Positions 28,371 through 37,738 of a DNA stretch of 64,000 nucleotides are shown here, piece after piece; positions within the stretch are counted from its first letter, which is position 1, and the number at the start of each line of letters is the position of its first letter. This stretch comes from Thermoproteota archaeon (GTDB lineage Archaea; Thermoproteota; Thermoprotei_A; Sulfolobales; Ignisphaeraceae). The stretch covers positions 544,001 to 608,000 of the forward strand of contig JAUQPB010000001.1 of assembly GCA_030550585.1 (NCBI GenBank), given 5' to 3'. The notes under the pieces were generated by a model, which was not told where the DNA came from, made no database searches, and saw only the letters and a list, made by a program, of their open reading frames with translations. Made by a program: the position numbers and the translations under genes.

Positions 28371-29096
28371 ACCGAAAAACTTTTGAAGAGTTGTCTGCTT
28401 TGATATAAGAGTCTTTATCTGCGGATCATCTGTTGCAATGCCGTCTACACCATATCCAATCACCTTCAATGCTATAGCAACATCGTTAACAGTCCACGTA
28501 TACACCCTCAATCTTTTTGAGCGGATCTCTTTAACCACTCTTGGAGAAATGGTATTAAACCTTGGTAGTATGGCAAACGCCTTTATCTTCAAGGCAAATT
28601 CTATTGGCATTAGATGAGAATATGTTAATAAGCCTACTTCAAGCTTTTCATCTAAGCCCTTTAGTTTTGCTAAAACATCATAATTAAATGATATCAATAG
28701 ACAGTTTTCATAAATGTTGTACTGTTTTATCAGAGTTGCTACAACATTTTCTATCCCTTCATCTTTTAGCTCAATAAACATTGGTATCTTATTGCCAAAC
28801 TCCTGCAAAACCTCCTCGAAGGTGGGTATAGTTTCCTCTCCAAAAATTTTAATGTTTTTCAATTCATTTACCCGTAGCTCAGAAACTTTCTTAGGTATGC
28901 CAGCAACTCTCTTTAGATCCTCATCATGTAGAACTATAGGCACTCCATCAAGAGTTCTACGAAGATCAAATTCAATTGCATCTGCACCCATCTCTATGGC
29001 TTTTCTAAAAGATTTTATTGTGTTCTCTGGTGCGTGTGCAGAGGCCCCTCTGTGTGCAATAACTAAAAACTTCTCCTTCCAACTCATATTCTTCAT
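28365..29096 (-). CDS. Glycerophosphodiester phosphodiesterase with C-terminal PIP box
   Basis: IAHRGAS..PENT, IEFD, LHD, IELK, WTVN, IATDDP; ends QTTLQKFFGR. Confidence 0.92.
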   Translation of the reverse strand: MKNMSWKEKFLVIAHRGASAHAPENTIKSFRKAIEMGADAIEFDLRRTLDGVPIVLHDEDLKRVAGIPKKVSELRVNELKNIKIFGEETIPTFEEVLQEFGNKIPMFIELKDEGIENVVATLIKQYNIYENCLLISFNYDVLAKLKGLDEKLEVGLLTYSHLMPIEFALKIKAFAILPRFNTISPRVVKEIRSKRLRVYTWTVNDVAIALKVIGYGVDGIATDDPQIKTLISKQTTLQKFFGR

Positions 29097-29920
29097 CCCT
29101 TTGTAACACTTCTCGAGGCTATTTCCTGGTAGAGGTGGTATAGCTCTGATTTTGATGGATCTGAGTTTGCTGAAATCAAATCATTGTACATTTTTCTGGC
29201 AAGCGTTTCAACGTCTATTCCAGGCTCAATACAGATTTGAGCATCTTTGTGATGGCGCATAATTGTTATGAGGGTTAATGAAAATGCTGCTAAATCATCG
29301 TTGCTGACCTTCGATTCCTCTACTTTTCTCTTCATCAAATCTATAAGCTGTGTAAAATAGGGATCTTCTCCAAGTTCTTTCACAGTCTCTAAATCTCTTA
29401 AAATTATCTTTGTAGCAACTTCAGCAAAGGCATTTAGTGGTGGAAGCATATCATCACTATTTACACATGGAATTCTGAGCCGCTTTTGATCAACAGTCGC
29501 TTGTTGTGAGATTATGGACATTAGCGAAATGACTTCTCTAAGCATATTCATCAATTTGATAATATCGGCAACCTTCTGATACTCTATTAAACACCTTCTT
29601 GAAACAGAGTGTGCATCAAAACCGAACTTGGATGGTGCCAGTCCCACAAGCCTCTCTAGAAAAGCTATCTCATTTTTTTCAGCTCTAAGCAAAAACTGTG
29701 CAAGTCTTCTTTGTAATAAGACTATATCGCTATAGCTAATGCCATGCATTCTAGCAACATTGATACTATGTAAAGCTATGGTTATTGCTAGAGCTGCATA
29801 AGGTTTGGTAAGAAAATCAATCTTGCTTATCACATCGCTGCTTAGAACTCCTTGAACTCTATAACACTTATGCAGCTTCAGTATAGCATCGACAAAGTCG
29901 TTGTATTTAGTTAAGCTCAT
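29093..29920 (-). CDS. Hypothetical alpha-helical protein, coupled to GDPD
   Basis: 275-aa ORF, ATGA overlap with GDPD. Confidence 0.75.
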   Translation of the reverse strand: MSLTKYNDFVDAILKLHKCYRVQGVLSSDVISKIDFLTKPYAALAITIALHSINVARMHGISYSDIVLLQRRLAQFLLRAEKNEIAFLERLVGLAPSKFGFDAHSVSRRCLIEYQKVADIIKLMNMLREVISLMSIISQQATVDQKRLRIPCVNSDDMLPPLNAFAEVATKIILRDLETVKELGEDPYFTQLIDLMKRKVEESKVSNDDLAAFSLTLITIMRHHKDAQICIEPGIDVETLARKMYNDLISANSDPSKSELYHLYQEIASRSVTKG

Positions 29921-30043
29921 TATATATCACTAGATCGTCAGTAGACCAGCAGTGTAGTATTCCAGAGAAGAGAGTAAAAAATTTATGGTGACGATGATGC
30001 TTATAGCCAAGAACGACATCTAATACAATATTCAAGATTATTG

Positions 30044-30277
30044 TTACCTTTCAACAACAATAAGTGTTGTTGTTGCTTTGATGTGGGGCAACCTTCTAAT
30101 TCTTGATATAACAGCATTTCTCAATTTATCAAAGTTTTCAGCTTCGACTATGGCCACCACATCGTATATACCATAAACTATGTGAACCTCTTTAACCTCT
30201 GGGATTTGTGATAAAAGTTTCACAACCTCTTCCTCCATACCAACATCAGTATTTAGTAATACGATGGCTTTTGCCAA
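30044..30277 (-). CDS. Stand-alone Lrp/AsnC ligand-binding (RAM) domain protein
   Basis: EVHIVYGIYDVVAIVEA, IRRLPHIKATTTLIV; no HTH. Confidence 0.9.
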   Translation of the reverse strand: MAKAIVLLNTDVGMEEEVVKLLSQIPEVKEVHIVYGIYDVVAIVEAENFDKLRNAVISRIRRLPHIKATTTLIVVER

Positions 30278-30337
30278 GACTAGTCCCCAGTATATAATTA
30301 GGAAGAGGCAGTATAAAAAGCTTAATTAATATAACAC

Positions 30338-30754
30338 TTAATCTCCAATAACAACAATTATAACATTCCTAACAGATCTAGGCCCATCCATTTCAACTAA
30401 AAATATGTTTTGCCAAGTACCTCTAACAAGCCGGCCATTTATTACTGGAAAAACTCTTTCAGCACCTATTATGGCTGAGCCTATGTGAGCATGAGCATTG
30501 GTGTCAATAATATTGTGCTTCCACTCCCTCTCAGGTTTTACAAGCTCTTTAATAAACGTTATTATATCGTTGAGGAGGCCAGACTCACTCTCATTGGCAA
30601 TTATCGCAGCTGTTGCATGAGGTGCGAAAACAAGGCAAAGACCATTCTTGATTCCACTCCTTTTTACTGTGTTTTCAACGTGTTCTGTTATATCGATTAG
30701 CTCAAATTGCTTTGTTGTCGAAATTTTTATAGTCTCGTAAAAAACCTTGCACAA
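30338..30754 (-). CDS. yjbQ: YjbQ/UPF0047 family protein
   Basis: PHATAAIIANE, NAHAHI, GTWQNIFLVEMDGPR. Confidence 0.93.
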   Translation of the reverse strand: MCKVFYETIKISTTKQFELIDITEHVENTVKRSGIKNGLCLVFAPHATAAIIANESESGLLNDIITFIKELVKPEREWKHNIIDTNAHAHIGSAIIGAERVFPVINGRLVRGTWQNIFLVEMDGPRSVRNVIIVVIGD

Positions 30755-30820
30755 GATGTTTGCACCTAGGTATAGAGGATAGAACAACGTTAAAAACTGT
30801 TATGTTTTATTTGTTTACCT

Positions 30821-31228
30821 TTACGATGCTTGAAGCGATTCTGTTTGCGACCCTTGCTGTGGGATGGGCTTCAGCATCTTATATACAGCATCCTTGATTC
30901 CTGCCCTAATCAATAACCTCTCTAGTCTATATAGTTGCTCATGGGCAACATCAATTGTTTTGGCCATTTGGGCTATTGGAATACCGTTAGCTCTCGCATA
31001 GAGAAGGTATATCAGAGTTCTTATACTGTGTGGATGCCTAAGTGATGATGCAATAGCCGAATCGAATACGAGCCAGTCCAGCAACTCTATGTGTGCTTTT
31101 GCCCATTCTGCGATTTCTGGAGGTAATTCGAATGAGTGTTCAACTCTTTTTCTAAATACAACTCTATTATCTAGTATCATAAGCTTTCTTTTCTTCCTCC
31201 TTCTTTTCTCAATCATAACCTCCGACAT
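30821..31228 (-). CDS. Putative HTH DNA-binding protein
   Basis: Basic N-terminus; IPIAQMAKTIDVAHEQLYRLE resembles an HTH. Confidence 0.65.
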   Translation of the reverse strand: MSEVMIEKRRRKKRKLMILDNRVVFRKRVEHSFELPPEIAEWAKAHIELLDWLVFDSAIASSLRHPHSIRTLIYLLYARANGIPIAQMAKTIDVAHEQLYRLERLLIRAGIKDAVYKMLKPIPQQGSQTESLQAS

Positions 31229-31369
31229 GTTCTTGGCACCTTCAACTCTTACTCCAATAAGAATATGGAATTCTAGTTAATAAATTTTATTGTTTCTAGC
31301 TCTGCAAACCAGATTCTGAAAACACAAAACATTTTAACCAATCTAGGACATACGGCAACTAGAGCAAAC

Positions 31370-31819
31370 ATGGTGGAAGATAGTTTTAAGATTGAGAAAC
31401 TATTAGAGCTTGAGCTCAGAGTTGTAAATAGACACTTACCACTTCAGAGACTCCCAATCGATGAGCTAATTAACATGCCACAACCTTATGTAAAACTGCG
31501 TGACGGGTCGTTGCACGTATTTAAGAGGTCTGAGCTTAAAAAACTTAGATCTCATCTTACTGATGAAGAGGCAAAGAAATTGCTTCTCCCCATAATAATC
31601 GTATTGAGACCAGATCTAGGTGAGGGAGTAGCTGTTATAGAGGATCCAATTGCAGCGCGTGTGGTGGCAAAAATCCTCGGTATCAAGTACAGCGATGCCA
31701 ATAAACTTACTCTCTACAAGCCTCATATCGCTCTTCTCAGAAGCTCCTATGACACGCTATTCCAATTTGCGCTCTCAATAGATTTTTCGTCAGAGCGAGA
31801 AAGTCAGATCAGTCCTTAG
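31370..31819 (+). CDS. DUF61/UPF0216-like protein
   Basis: VNRHLP, LRDGSLHVFKRSEL, LLLPIII. Confidence 0.75.
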   Translation: MVEDSFKIEKLLELELRVVNRHLPLQRLPIDELINMPQPYVKLRDGSLHVFKRSELKKLRSHLTDEEAKKLLLPIIIVLRPDLGEGVAVIEDPIAARVVAKILGIKYSDANKLTLYKPHIALLRSSYDTLFQFALSIDFSSERESQISP

Positions 31820-31877
31820 AAAATGGTCAGTAATATTTTTATATATTATTGCCGCAAATAAATTATCGGAGATATTC

Positions 31878-32207
31878 ATGTCTAAAAACATTCCGGAGGT
31901 CGAGGGCGCGGGGCTCAGAACAGAGTTAATAATTGATAACAATGTGTTTAGCATTTATTGCGATCCCGATGAAATTTTAGAGTGCAATGACGATGCTTGT
32001 GCATTGGACATCTACAATACATGTCTAGCCGATGTCACAAACATCGGAATAGAACAAGTTCGTGTTGATGCAATAAAATTTGTTAAAGGAGGTAAAATAA
32101 TAGTGTATGATGTTAGCAACAAGAAGTGTTGTCTATGCGTTCACAGATATGAAATTAGTGGAATAGAAATGTGTAGAGAGGTCGTGGCAAAAGACTCTAC
32201 TCTTTGA
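31878..32207 (+). CDS. Cys-rich hypothetical protein
   Basis: 109 aa, 8 Cys including CCLCVH. Confidence 0.6.
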   Translation: MSKNIPEVEGAGLRTELIIDNNVFSIYCDPDEILECNDDACALDIYNTCLADVTNIGIEQVRVDAIKFVKGGKIIVYDVSNKKCCLCVHRYEISGIEMCREVVAKDSTL

Positions 32208-32322
32208 ATATAAACTTCAGCGATAATGAAAGCTGTTTTCGCCAAAGCGTCAAAGCCATTATGTTGAGCAGATTTTAACGATGCAGAGACCTCTCAATGA
32301 ACATCAAATTTCATAAACAAAG

Positions 32323-33024
32323 TTAAGAAGCCTTACACACAGAAACGTTTTTTGGCTTAACATAGCCTTCATATTCGCTCACCGCTACGACATCATATTC
32401 TATGCAGATTTTATATTGTCCAAAGAGTGGGGTATAGGTCACAAATGTCTCAGCCTCACCCCCTTCAAAAGATGGGTTGAAGCCATATTTCTTTGAAAGC
32501 TCTATAATCTTCAAAGCAAGGTCATGGTCTATAGAGAGACCGAGAAAAGCTTTTGACAGCCCCCACGCATTTACAGAGGTTATTATAAACTCAATGCCGC
32601 TTGAGATAATATCGAGAAGATGTTTGCTAGGGTCTTTACCCCAAAAGGGGGTGTATAATTTGACTCCTAGATCTTCACAAACATCTACAAAAAACATTCG
32701 TTGTGAATCACTTGCAATAACCCCAAGAATCACATAGTCAAAATCAATTTCTTTGGCTATATTCCTCAAAGCCCTTCTAATCTCTACCTGTTCTGCGAGC
32801 TTATTATCGCTATTTATATCAATGACAATGTGCCTATCCTCCATATGTAATAGTTTGGCCTGAATCCTTGTGTAGTCCACAAACGGGCTATGAACATACC
32901 ATGGATATGCGGAAGAAGGTTTAAGGGTGATCAGCGCAGCTATTTCAAAGCCTTGTAAAAGTGCTGTATGTAAAGCAAATGTACTGTCTTTACCACCACT
33001 GAACATTATAATGGCTTTGGCTAT
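32323..33024 (-). CDS. dph6: Diphthine--ammonia ligase (Dph6, PP-loop ATPase)
   Basis: FSGGKDS, FEGGEAET; start extended to ATA33024 behind AGGTGA RBS. Confidence 0.88.
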   Translation of the reverse strand: MAKAIIMFSGGKDSTFALHTALLQGFEIAALITLKPSSAYPWYVHSPFVDYTRIQAKLLHMEDRHIVIDINSDNKLAEQVEIRRALRNIAKEIDFDYVILGVIASDSQRMFFVDVCEDLGVKLYTPFWGKDPSKHLLDIISSGIEFIITSVNAWGLSKAFLGLSIDHDLALKIIELSKKYGFNPSFEGGEAETFVTYTPLFGQYKICIEYDVVAVSEYEGYVKPKNVSVCKAS

Positions 33025-33035
33025 GGCGTCATCAC

Positions 33036-33491
33036 CTAACTGTAGAACTTTATCTTTGCATAGAAAACCCTTTTTACCAAATAACCACCAAATAAATCAA
33101 GAGATGCAAATCCTTGTAGAAGCAATTCAAACCCCATGTTCCTGATGGTATTAGAAAACTGTTTTGAGAAGACGGCCATAGAGTTGTCATCGAGCGTGTG
33201 GAATGTGGTATCAGCAATAACCACATCTATACTATTATCAGCATTGAATTTTAGCCACAGTAGATCAGGGTCAGGCCCAAGGTTTTCTGCATTTTCTATA
33301 AATTCTCTTCTAATAGTATATCCCTTGCTTTTTAGCGTTTCGATAATAGCTCTTCTGAAAGCTTTTATAATAGAATTTTCTATTTTTTTCAGTTTATCGC
33401 TATCAATATACTCACGATTTATATACAACCTTTTATGCTTTTCTCTATCAATTTTTCGAGGCAGATACCTAACAATCTCTTCTAAAACCAT
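33036..33491 (-). CDS. Hypothetical protein
   Basis: 151-aa ORF co-oriented within the carS...dph6 run. Confidence 0.7.
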   Translation of the reverse strand: MVLEEIVRYLPRKIDREKHKRLYINREYIDSDKLKKIENSIIKAFRRAIIETLKSKGYTIRREFIENAENLGPDPDLLWLKFNADNSIDVVIADTTFHTLDDNSMAVFSKQFSNTIRNMGFELLLQGFASLDLFGGYLVKRVFYAKIKFYS

Positions 33492-33532
33492 TTTACAATA
33501 TCCTTGTCTAGCACTATATCAATATCTAGTAT

Positions 33533-33937
33533 CTAGTAAAGAACTTGCCTAGCATACTTAATACTTTTATGCAAATCCTCTAGCGAAATAGCTATGTGGA
33601 TAAGCATCAGAGCCAATAAAACACTAGAATATGTAAACATGTATAATATTGCAAGAAACAGGCTAATTGCTTGTGGGGCTAATGCAATAGCAATGAAATC
33701 TTCAATTCTTTCAACGCTAACATTAAATCCGATGTAGAGACCCTTCATCACGAACTTGTATTGCGCTTTAACAGCATTGATCACCATAAAATGTAGCATC
33801 TCATGTAGTAGTCCTATAAATGGTAGGGAGATAATTGCAATGGTGCTCTGCTCTACATTCATCATTTTTGATGTTATTAGCGACATTGCAAAGCCTATGC
33901 ACATATATGCAAATGTCTTTAGTTTCGCCATCCCCAC
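33533..33937 (-). CDS. Membrane protein with HExxH motif (DUF3267-like putative zincin)
   Basis: LLHEMLH, IALAP, several TM segments. Confidence 0.65.
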   Translation of the reverse strand: MGMAKLKTFAYMCIGFAMSLITSKMMNVEQSTIAIISLPFIGLLHEMLHFMVINAVKAQYKFVMKGLYIGFNVSVERIEDFIAIALAPQAISLFLAILYMFTYSSVLLALMLIHIAISLEDLHKSIKYARQVLY

Positions 33938-34042
33938 ACCCTGGTATAGCTACATAAAACTAATCCATGATGACATAATATATTCAACTGTAAGACCGAG
34001 TAGGTGACAAAAATAGTTGCTCTACCGGTTTTACCGAAACTT

Positions 34043-34573
34043 TTACCAAGGAACATTCTTCAACTTCAAAAGGTATGCAATATAGTTTGTTAGAATATGC
34101 AACAAAAATGTTAATACTAGCGCGTAAAACCACATTTCATAGGTCATCACAATGAGTTTGAATACTATGCCAAGATATAGTGCCACAATCAAGAATAGTA
34201 GCTGGTCAACTAATGGCAAAGGCTCGCCTGGTCTCAGACCCAATCTTCTTTTAATGAATGCACCAACTAGATCTCCTATCATAGCTCCAAGGCCCAAAAC
34301 AAAACCCGTTAATATGCCCTTCGCAATCAAGTCATTCGTTAAAGAGCTTTGAATAAAACCAGTCAGAACACCTCCCATTATACCAGCAACCAACCCCTCC
34401 CAGCTCTTGCTATCACCAAATATCCTCTTACCATCTAGAAAATTCTTGCCGAAGTCTATTGGATGTCTTCTTAAACCGAGTTTCGATAGAAGCTTTGCCG
34501 CTACGACAGGTGCTCCATTTGCTACATATGCCGGTAAAACAATCCAAATAACATCAACTAGCTCTTTGAGCAA
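34043..34573 (-). CDS. carS: CDP-archaeol synthase
   Basis: PAYVANGAPV, PIDFG, DGKRIFGDSKSWEG, GDLVGAFIKRRLG, DQL. Confidence 0.95.
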   Translation of the reverse strand: MLKELVDVIWIVLPAYVANGAPVVAAKLLSKLGLRRHPIDFGKNFLDGKRIFGDSKSWEGLVAGIMGGVLTGFIQSSLTNDLIAKGILTGFVLGLGAMIGDLVGAFIKRRLGLRPGEPLPLVDQLLFLIVALYLGIVFKLIVMTYEMWFYALVLTFLLHILTNYIAYLLKLKNVPW

Positions 34574-34688
34574 CTTTAAAACCTCAGCTTTTTAGCTTAT
34601 TTTTGATTAAGAAGACCTGGAATTAAAATCATTAACACTTTTATTTTTCACTAGCAAAATCTTTAAGCACTGTAATTAGGTGGGTTGA

Positions 34689-35249
34689 TTGGATTTAAAG
34701 CGTGTTGAAATCAGATGGCATGGTCGTGGAGGGCAGGGAGCTGTAACAGCTTCTATGATACTTGCTGAAGCCGCTATATACCAAGGAAAGTATGCACAAG
34801 CATTTCCAGAGTTTGGTGCAGAGAGAAGAGGGGCTCCCGTGAGAGCATATACCAGAATATCGGAAAAGCCTATTTTTTCAAGAGCGCCAATTATTGAACC
34901 AGATGTTGTAGTTGTTCTCGACCCATCCCTAGATAAATCGCTTTACATTGGCGGCTTAAAAAGCAATGGTGTTTTAATTATAAATACTAGGAAGAGTGTA
35001 AGTGATATTGTGAAGGATATTGGTAGAAGCGATATTAAGATTGCTCGTGTAGATGCAACAAAAATAGCTTTAGAGGTTTTGAAAGCGCCTTTTGTCAATA
35101 TGGCCATGTTAGGTGCAGTAGCTAAGGCAGTTCCAATTGTTGATACAACTTATATCGAAGAAGCGATAAAAGAGAACTTTAGACCCAAGGTAGCAGAGGC
35201 AAATATACAGGCAATGAGAAGAGCTTTCAATGAGGTGGAGATTTCATGA
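34689..35249 (+). CDS. porG: Pyruvate/2-oxoacid:ferredoxin oxidoreductase gamma subunit
   Basis: [22 protein letters not shown]. Confidence 0.95.
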   Translation: MDLKRVEIRWHGRGGQGAVTASMILAEAAIYQGKYAQAFPEFGAERRGAPVRAYTRISEKPIFSRAPIIEPDVVVVLDPSLDKSLYIGGLKSNGVLIINTRKSVSDIVKDIGRSDIKIARVDATKIALEVLKAPFVNMAMLGAVAKAVPIVDTTYIEEAIKENFRPKVAEANIQAMRRAFNEVEIS

Positions 35250-35575
35250 GTTCAAGCACAAAAAGATTGGCTAGCTGGAGAGAGATTCCAATTGGAGGAG
35301 CAATTACAGAGCCTGGCAATAGCGTTAAAAGACCTACCGGCGATTGGAGGGTTTTCAAACCCGTGATAAACCAAGAGAGGTGTGTTAGATGTTATCTCTG
35401 CTGGGTCTTCTGCCCAGAACCAGCTATAAAAATACTTGACAAGCCATATAAGACAGCGAGTGGCAGGGAATGGAAAGTAACTTTTGAGGTAGACTACGAT
35501 TTCTGTAAAGGATGTGGAATATGTGTGGAGGAGTGTCCGGTTAAAGCAATAGACTTTATTGAAGAGGTGAAGTAG
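35246..35575 (+). CDS. porD: POR delta subunit
   Basis: [29 protein letters not shown]. Confidence 0.95.
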   Translation: MSSSTKRLASWREIPIGGAITEPGNSVKRPTGDWRVFKPVINQERCVRCYLCWVFCPEPAIKILDKPYKTASGREWKVTFEVDYDFCKGCGICVEECPVKAIDFIEEVK

Positions 35576-35578
35576 GCA

Positions 35579-36781
35579 ATGGAAAAGGATTTATGGATTA
35601 GAATACCTCTAAGCTCAAACTATGCTGCAGCATATGCTGTCAAAGATGTTGATGTGGATGTTGTTGCGGCATATCCTATAACACCACAGACGACAGTTGT
35701 TGAGAAAATTGCAGAGTTTATAGCTAATGGAGAGTTAAATGCTGAGATGATTCATGTTGAAAGCGAGCACTCGGCTCTTAGTGCATGCATTGGGGCGTCG
35801 GCTGCTGGGGCAAGAGTATTTACAGCTACATCAGCTCAAGGACTAGAGCTTATGCATGAGATGTTACATATAGCATCTGGACTAAGACTGCCGATAGTCA
35901 TGGCAATAGCTGCCAGAGCTCTATCGGCTCCTCTAAGCATTTGGGGAGACTATAGCGATGTTATGAACACCAGAGACTCTTCGTGGATAACAATAATTGC
36001 TTCAACAGCTCAAGAAGTCTACGACAGCATCATACAAGCATACAAAGTTGCTGAAAATCCAGACATTTTGTTGCCTGTAATGGTCGCATACGATGGTTTT
36101 ACAATGAGCCATACCTATGAGCCTGTTTATGTAGCCAGGGACAGATCGATAATACTAGACTATGTGCCCAAGAAGAGACCTTCTTGGAATGTACTAGATG
36201 TCGAGAAGCCAATCACTATGGGAGTTGTTGCTAACCCTGATTGGTATTACGAGTTTAAATATCAGCAAGTTGTTGCAATGGAAAAATCTCCTGAGGTGTT
36301 AAAGGAAGCATTTCAAGAGTTTGAGAAGAGGTTTGGCAGAAGCTATGGGTTTATTGAGACCTACAATCTAGAGAATAGTAAAATCGGGATACTAACCTAC
36401 GGCGGATTGTATGGCACTGTGACAGAGGCCATAGATTATATGAAGAAGATGGGAATGAATGTAGCCGCCATTAGGCTTAGGGTCTTCAGACCGTTCCCCT
36501 ACGAAGAGCTTCTAAAGGTTGTTAAAAACCTAGAAGCCCTTATCGTTATCGATAGAGCGATAAGCTTTGGGGCAACATTAGAGGGTCCTGTGGCCATGGA
36601 GCTAGCCACTATGGCCTATAAGAAAGGGTTGGATATAGCATTGCATAGCTATATAGCATCAATTGGTCAAAGAACTGTGACAGAAGAGGATGTTATTGCC
36701 ATTGTCAAGAACACTACCGCACTTCTAGAGAAAGGTGTGAAGGTGACAGAAAAATCCATTTATTGGGGTGTCAGACTATGA
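35579..36781 (+). CDS. porA: POR alpha subunit
   Basis: AYPITPQT, ESEHSA, TATSAQGL. Confidence 0.95.
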   Translation: MEKDLWIRIPLSSNYAAAYAVKDVDVDVVAAYPITPQTTVVEKIAEFIANGELNAEMIHVESEHSALSACIGASAAGARVFTATSAQGLELMHEMLHIASGLRLPIVMAIAARALSAPLSIWGDYSDVMNTRDSSWITIIASTAQEVYDSIIQAYKVAENPDILLPVMVAYDGFTMSHTYEPVYVARDRSIILDYVPKKRPSWNVLDVEKPITMGVVANPDWYYEFKYQQVVAMEKSPEVLKEAFQEFEKRFGRSYGFIETYNLENSKIGILTYGGLYGTVTEAIDYMKKMGMNVAAIRLRVFRPFPYEELLKVVKNLEALIVIDRAISFGATLEGPVAMELATMAYKKGLDIALHSYIASIGQRTVTEEDVIAIVKNTTALLEKGVKVTEKSIYWGVRL

Positions 36782-37737
36782 GCTCCTCCACAAAGCCAGG
36801 CTATAAAACTGTGTTCGACATACCCAGAGAAGAGTATCAGGCACCAGGCCACGGACTGTGTGCAGGCTGTACAGCAGGGACAATAGTAAGGCTCTTGCTA
36901 AAGGTTGCAGGGCCTAATACTATCGTGGTTAATGCTACTGGCTGTGTAGAGGTATCAACAACAACGTTTCCATATACATCTTGGAGGGTGCCCTACATCC
37001 ATGTAGCCTTTGAAAACACTGCAGCCGTGGCGAGCGGTATAGAAGCCGCCATAAAGATTCTGAAACAAAAAGGTGTTATAGACCCCAACAAACAGATAAA
37101 TATAATTGCGCTTGCAGGCGATGGCGGTACAGCAGACATTGGTATACAAGCACTTAGCGGAATGCTTGAAAGAGGGCACAAGGTAATGTATGTAATGTAC
37201 GACAATGAGGCCTATATGAACACAGGCATTCAAAGAAGTGGTGCAACACCAAAGCTAGCATGGACCACTACAACACCTGTCGGAAAGGTGTTGAAAGGCA
37301 AACTACAAATTAAAAAGCCTATGGCCGAGATAGTAGCAGCCCACAAGATACCATATGTAGCTACGGCGAATCCAGCCTATTTCCTCGATATGATGAACAA
37401 GTTTAGGAGAGGTCTCGAAGTCGAAGGCCCATCATTTATCCACGTGCTACAACCTTGTACAACTGGCTGGAGATTTGATCCAAGACTAGGCATAAAGATT
37501 GCTAGGCTAGCCACAGAAACAGCTATGTGGATAAACTGGGAGCTTGACCACGACGAGTTTAGGGTAACGGTGCCCGTGCCCAAGAGAAAGCATGTAAAGC
37601 ACTATATAAGACTCCAAGGCAGATTCAACCACCTAACAGATGCTGATATAGAAGAGATTCAGAAAATGGTGGATAAGGAGGTTGAGAGAATAAATAAGAT
37701 GGTCGGTAAAGAGGTTATAGGACCTGTTGTAGAGTAG
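36778..37737 (+). CDS. porB: POR beta subunit
   Basis: GHGLCAGC, GDGG, DNEAYMNTGIQRS. Confidence 0.95.
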   Translation: MSSSTKPGYKTVFDIPREEYQAPGHGLCAGCTAGTIVRLLLKVAGPNTIVVNATGCVEVSTTTFPYTSWRVPYIHVAFENTAAVASGIEAAIKILKQKGVIDPNKQINIIALAGDGGTADIGIQALSGMLERGHKVMYVMYDNEAYMNTGIQRSGATPKLAWTTTTPVGKVLKGKLQIKKPMAEIVAAHKIPYVATANPAYFLDMMNKFRRGLEVEGPSFIHVLQPCTTGWRFDPRLGIKIARLATETAMWINWELDHDEFRVTVPVPKRKHVKHYIRLQGRFNHLTDADIEEIQKMVDKEVERINKMVGKEVIGPVVE

Positions 37738-37738
37738 A

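Noticed and set aside
33036-33491. PD-(D/E)xK nuclease call from PDLLW
   Set aside because: No ExK-type motif identifiable
33967-34037. ATGATGA C box in the carS downstream gap
   Set aside because: Lacks proper D'/C'/D spacing; overlaps a likely minus-strand TATA
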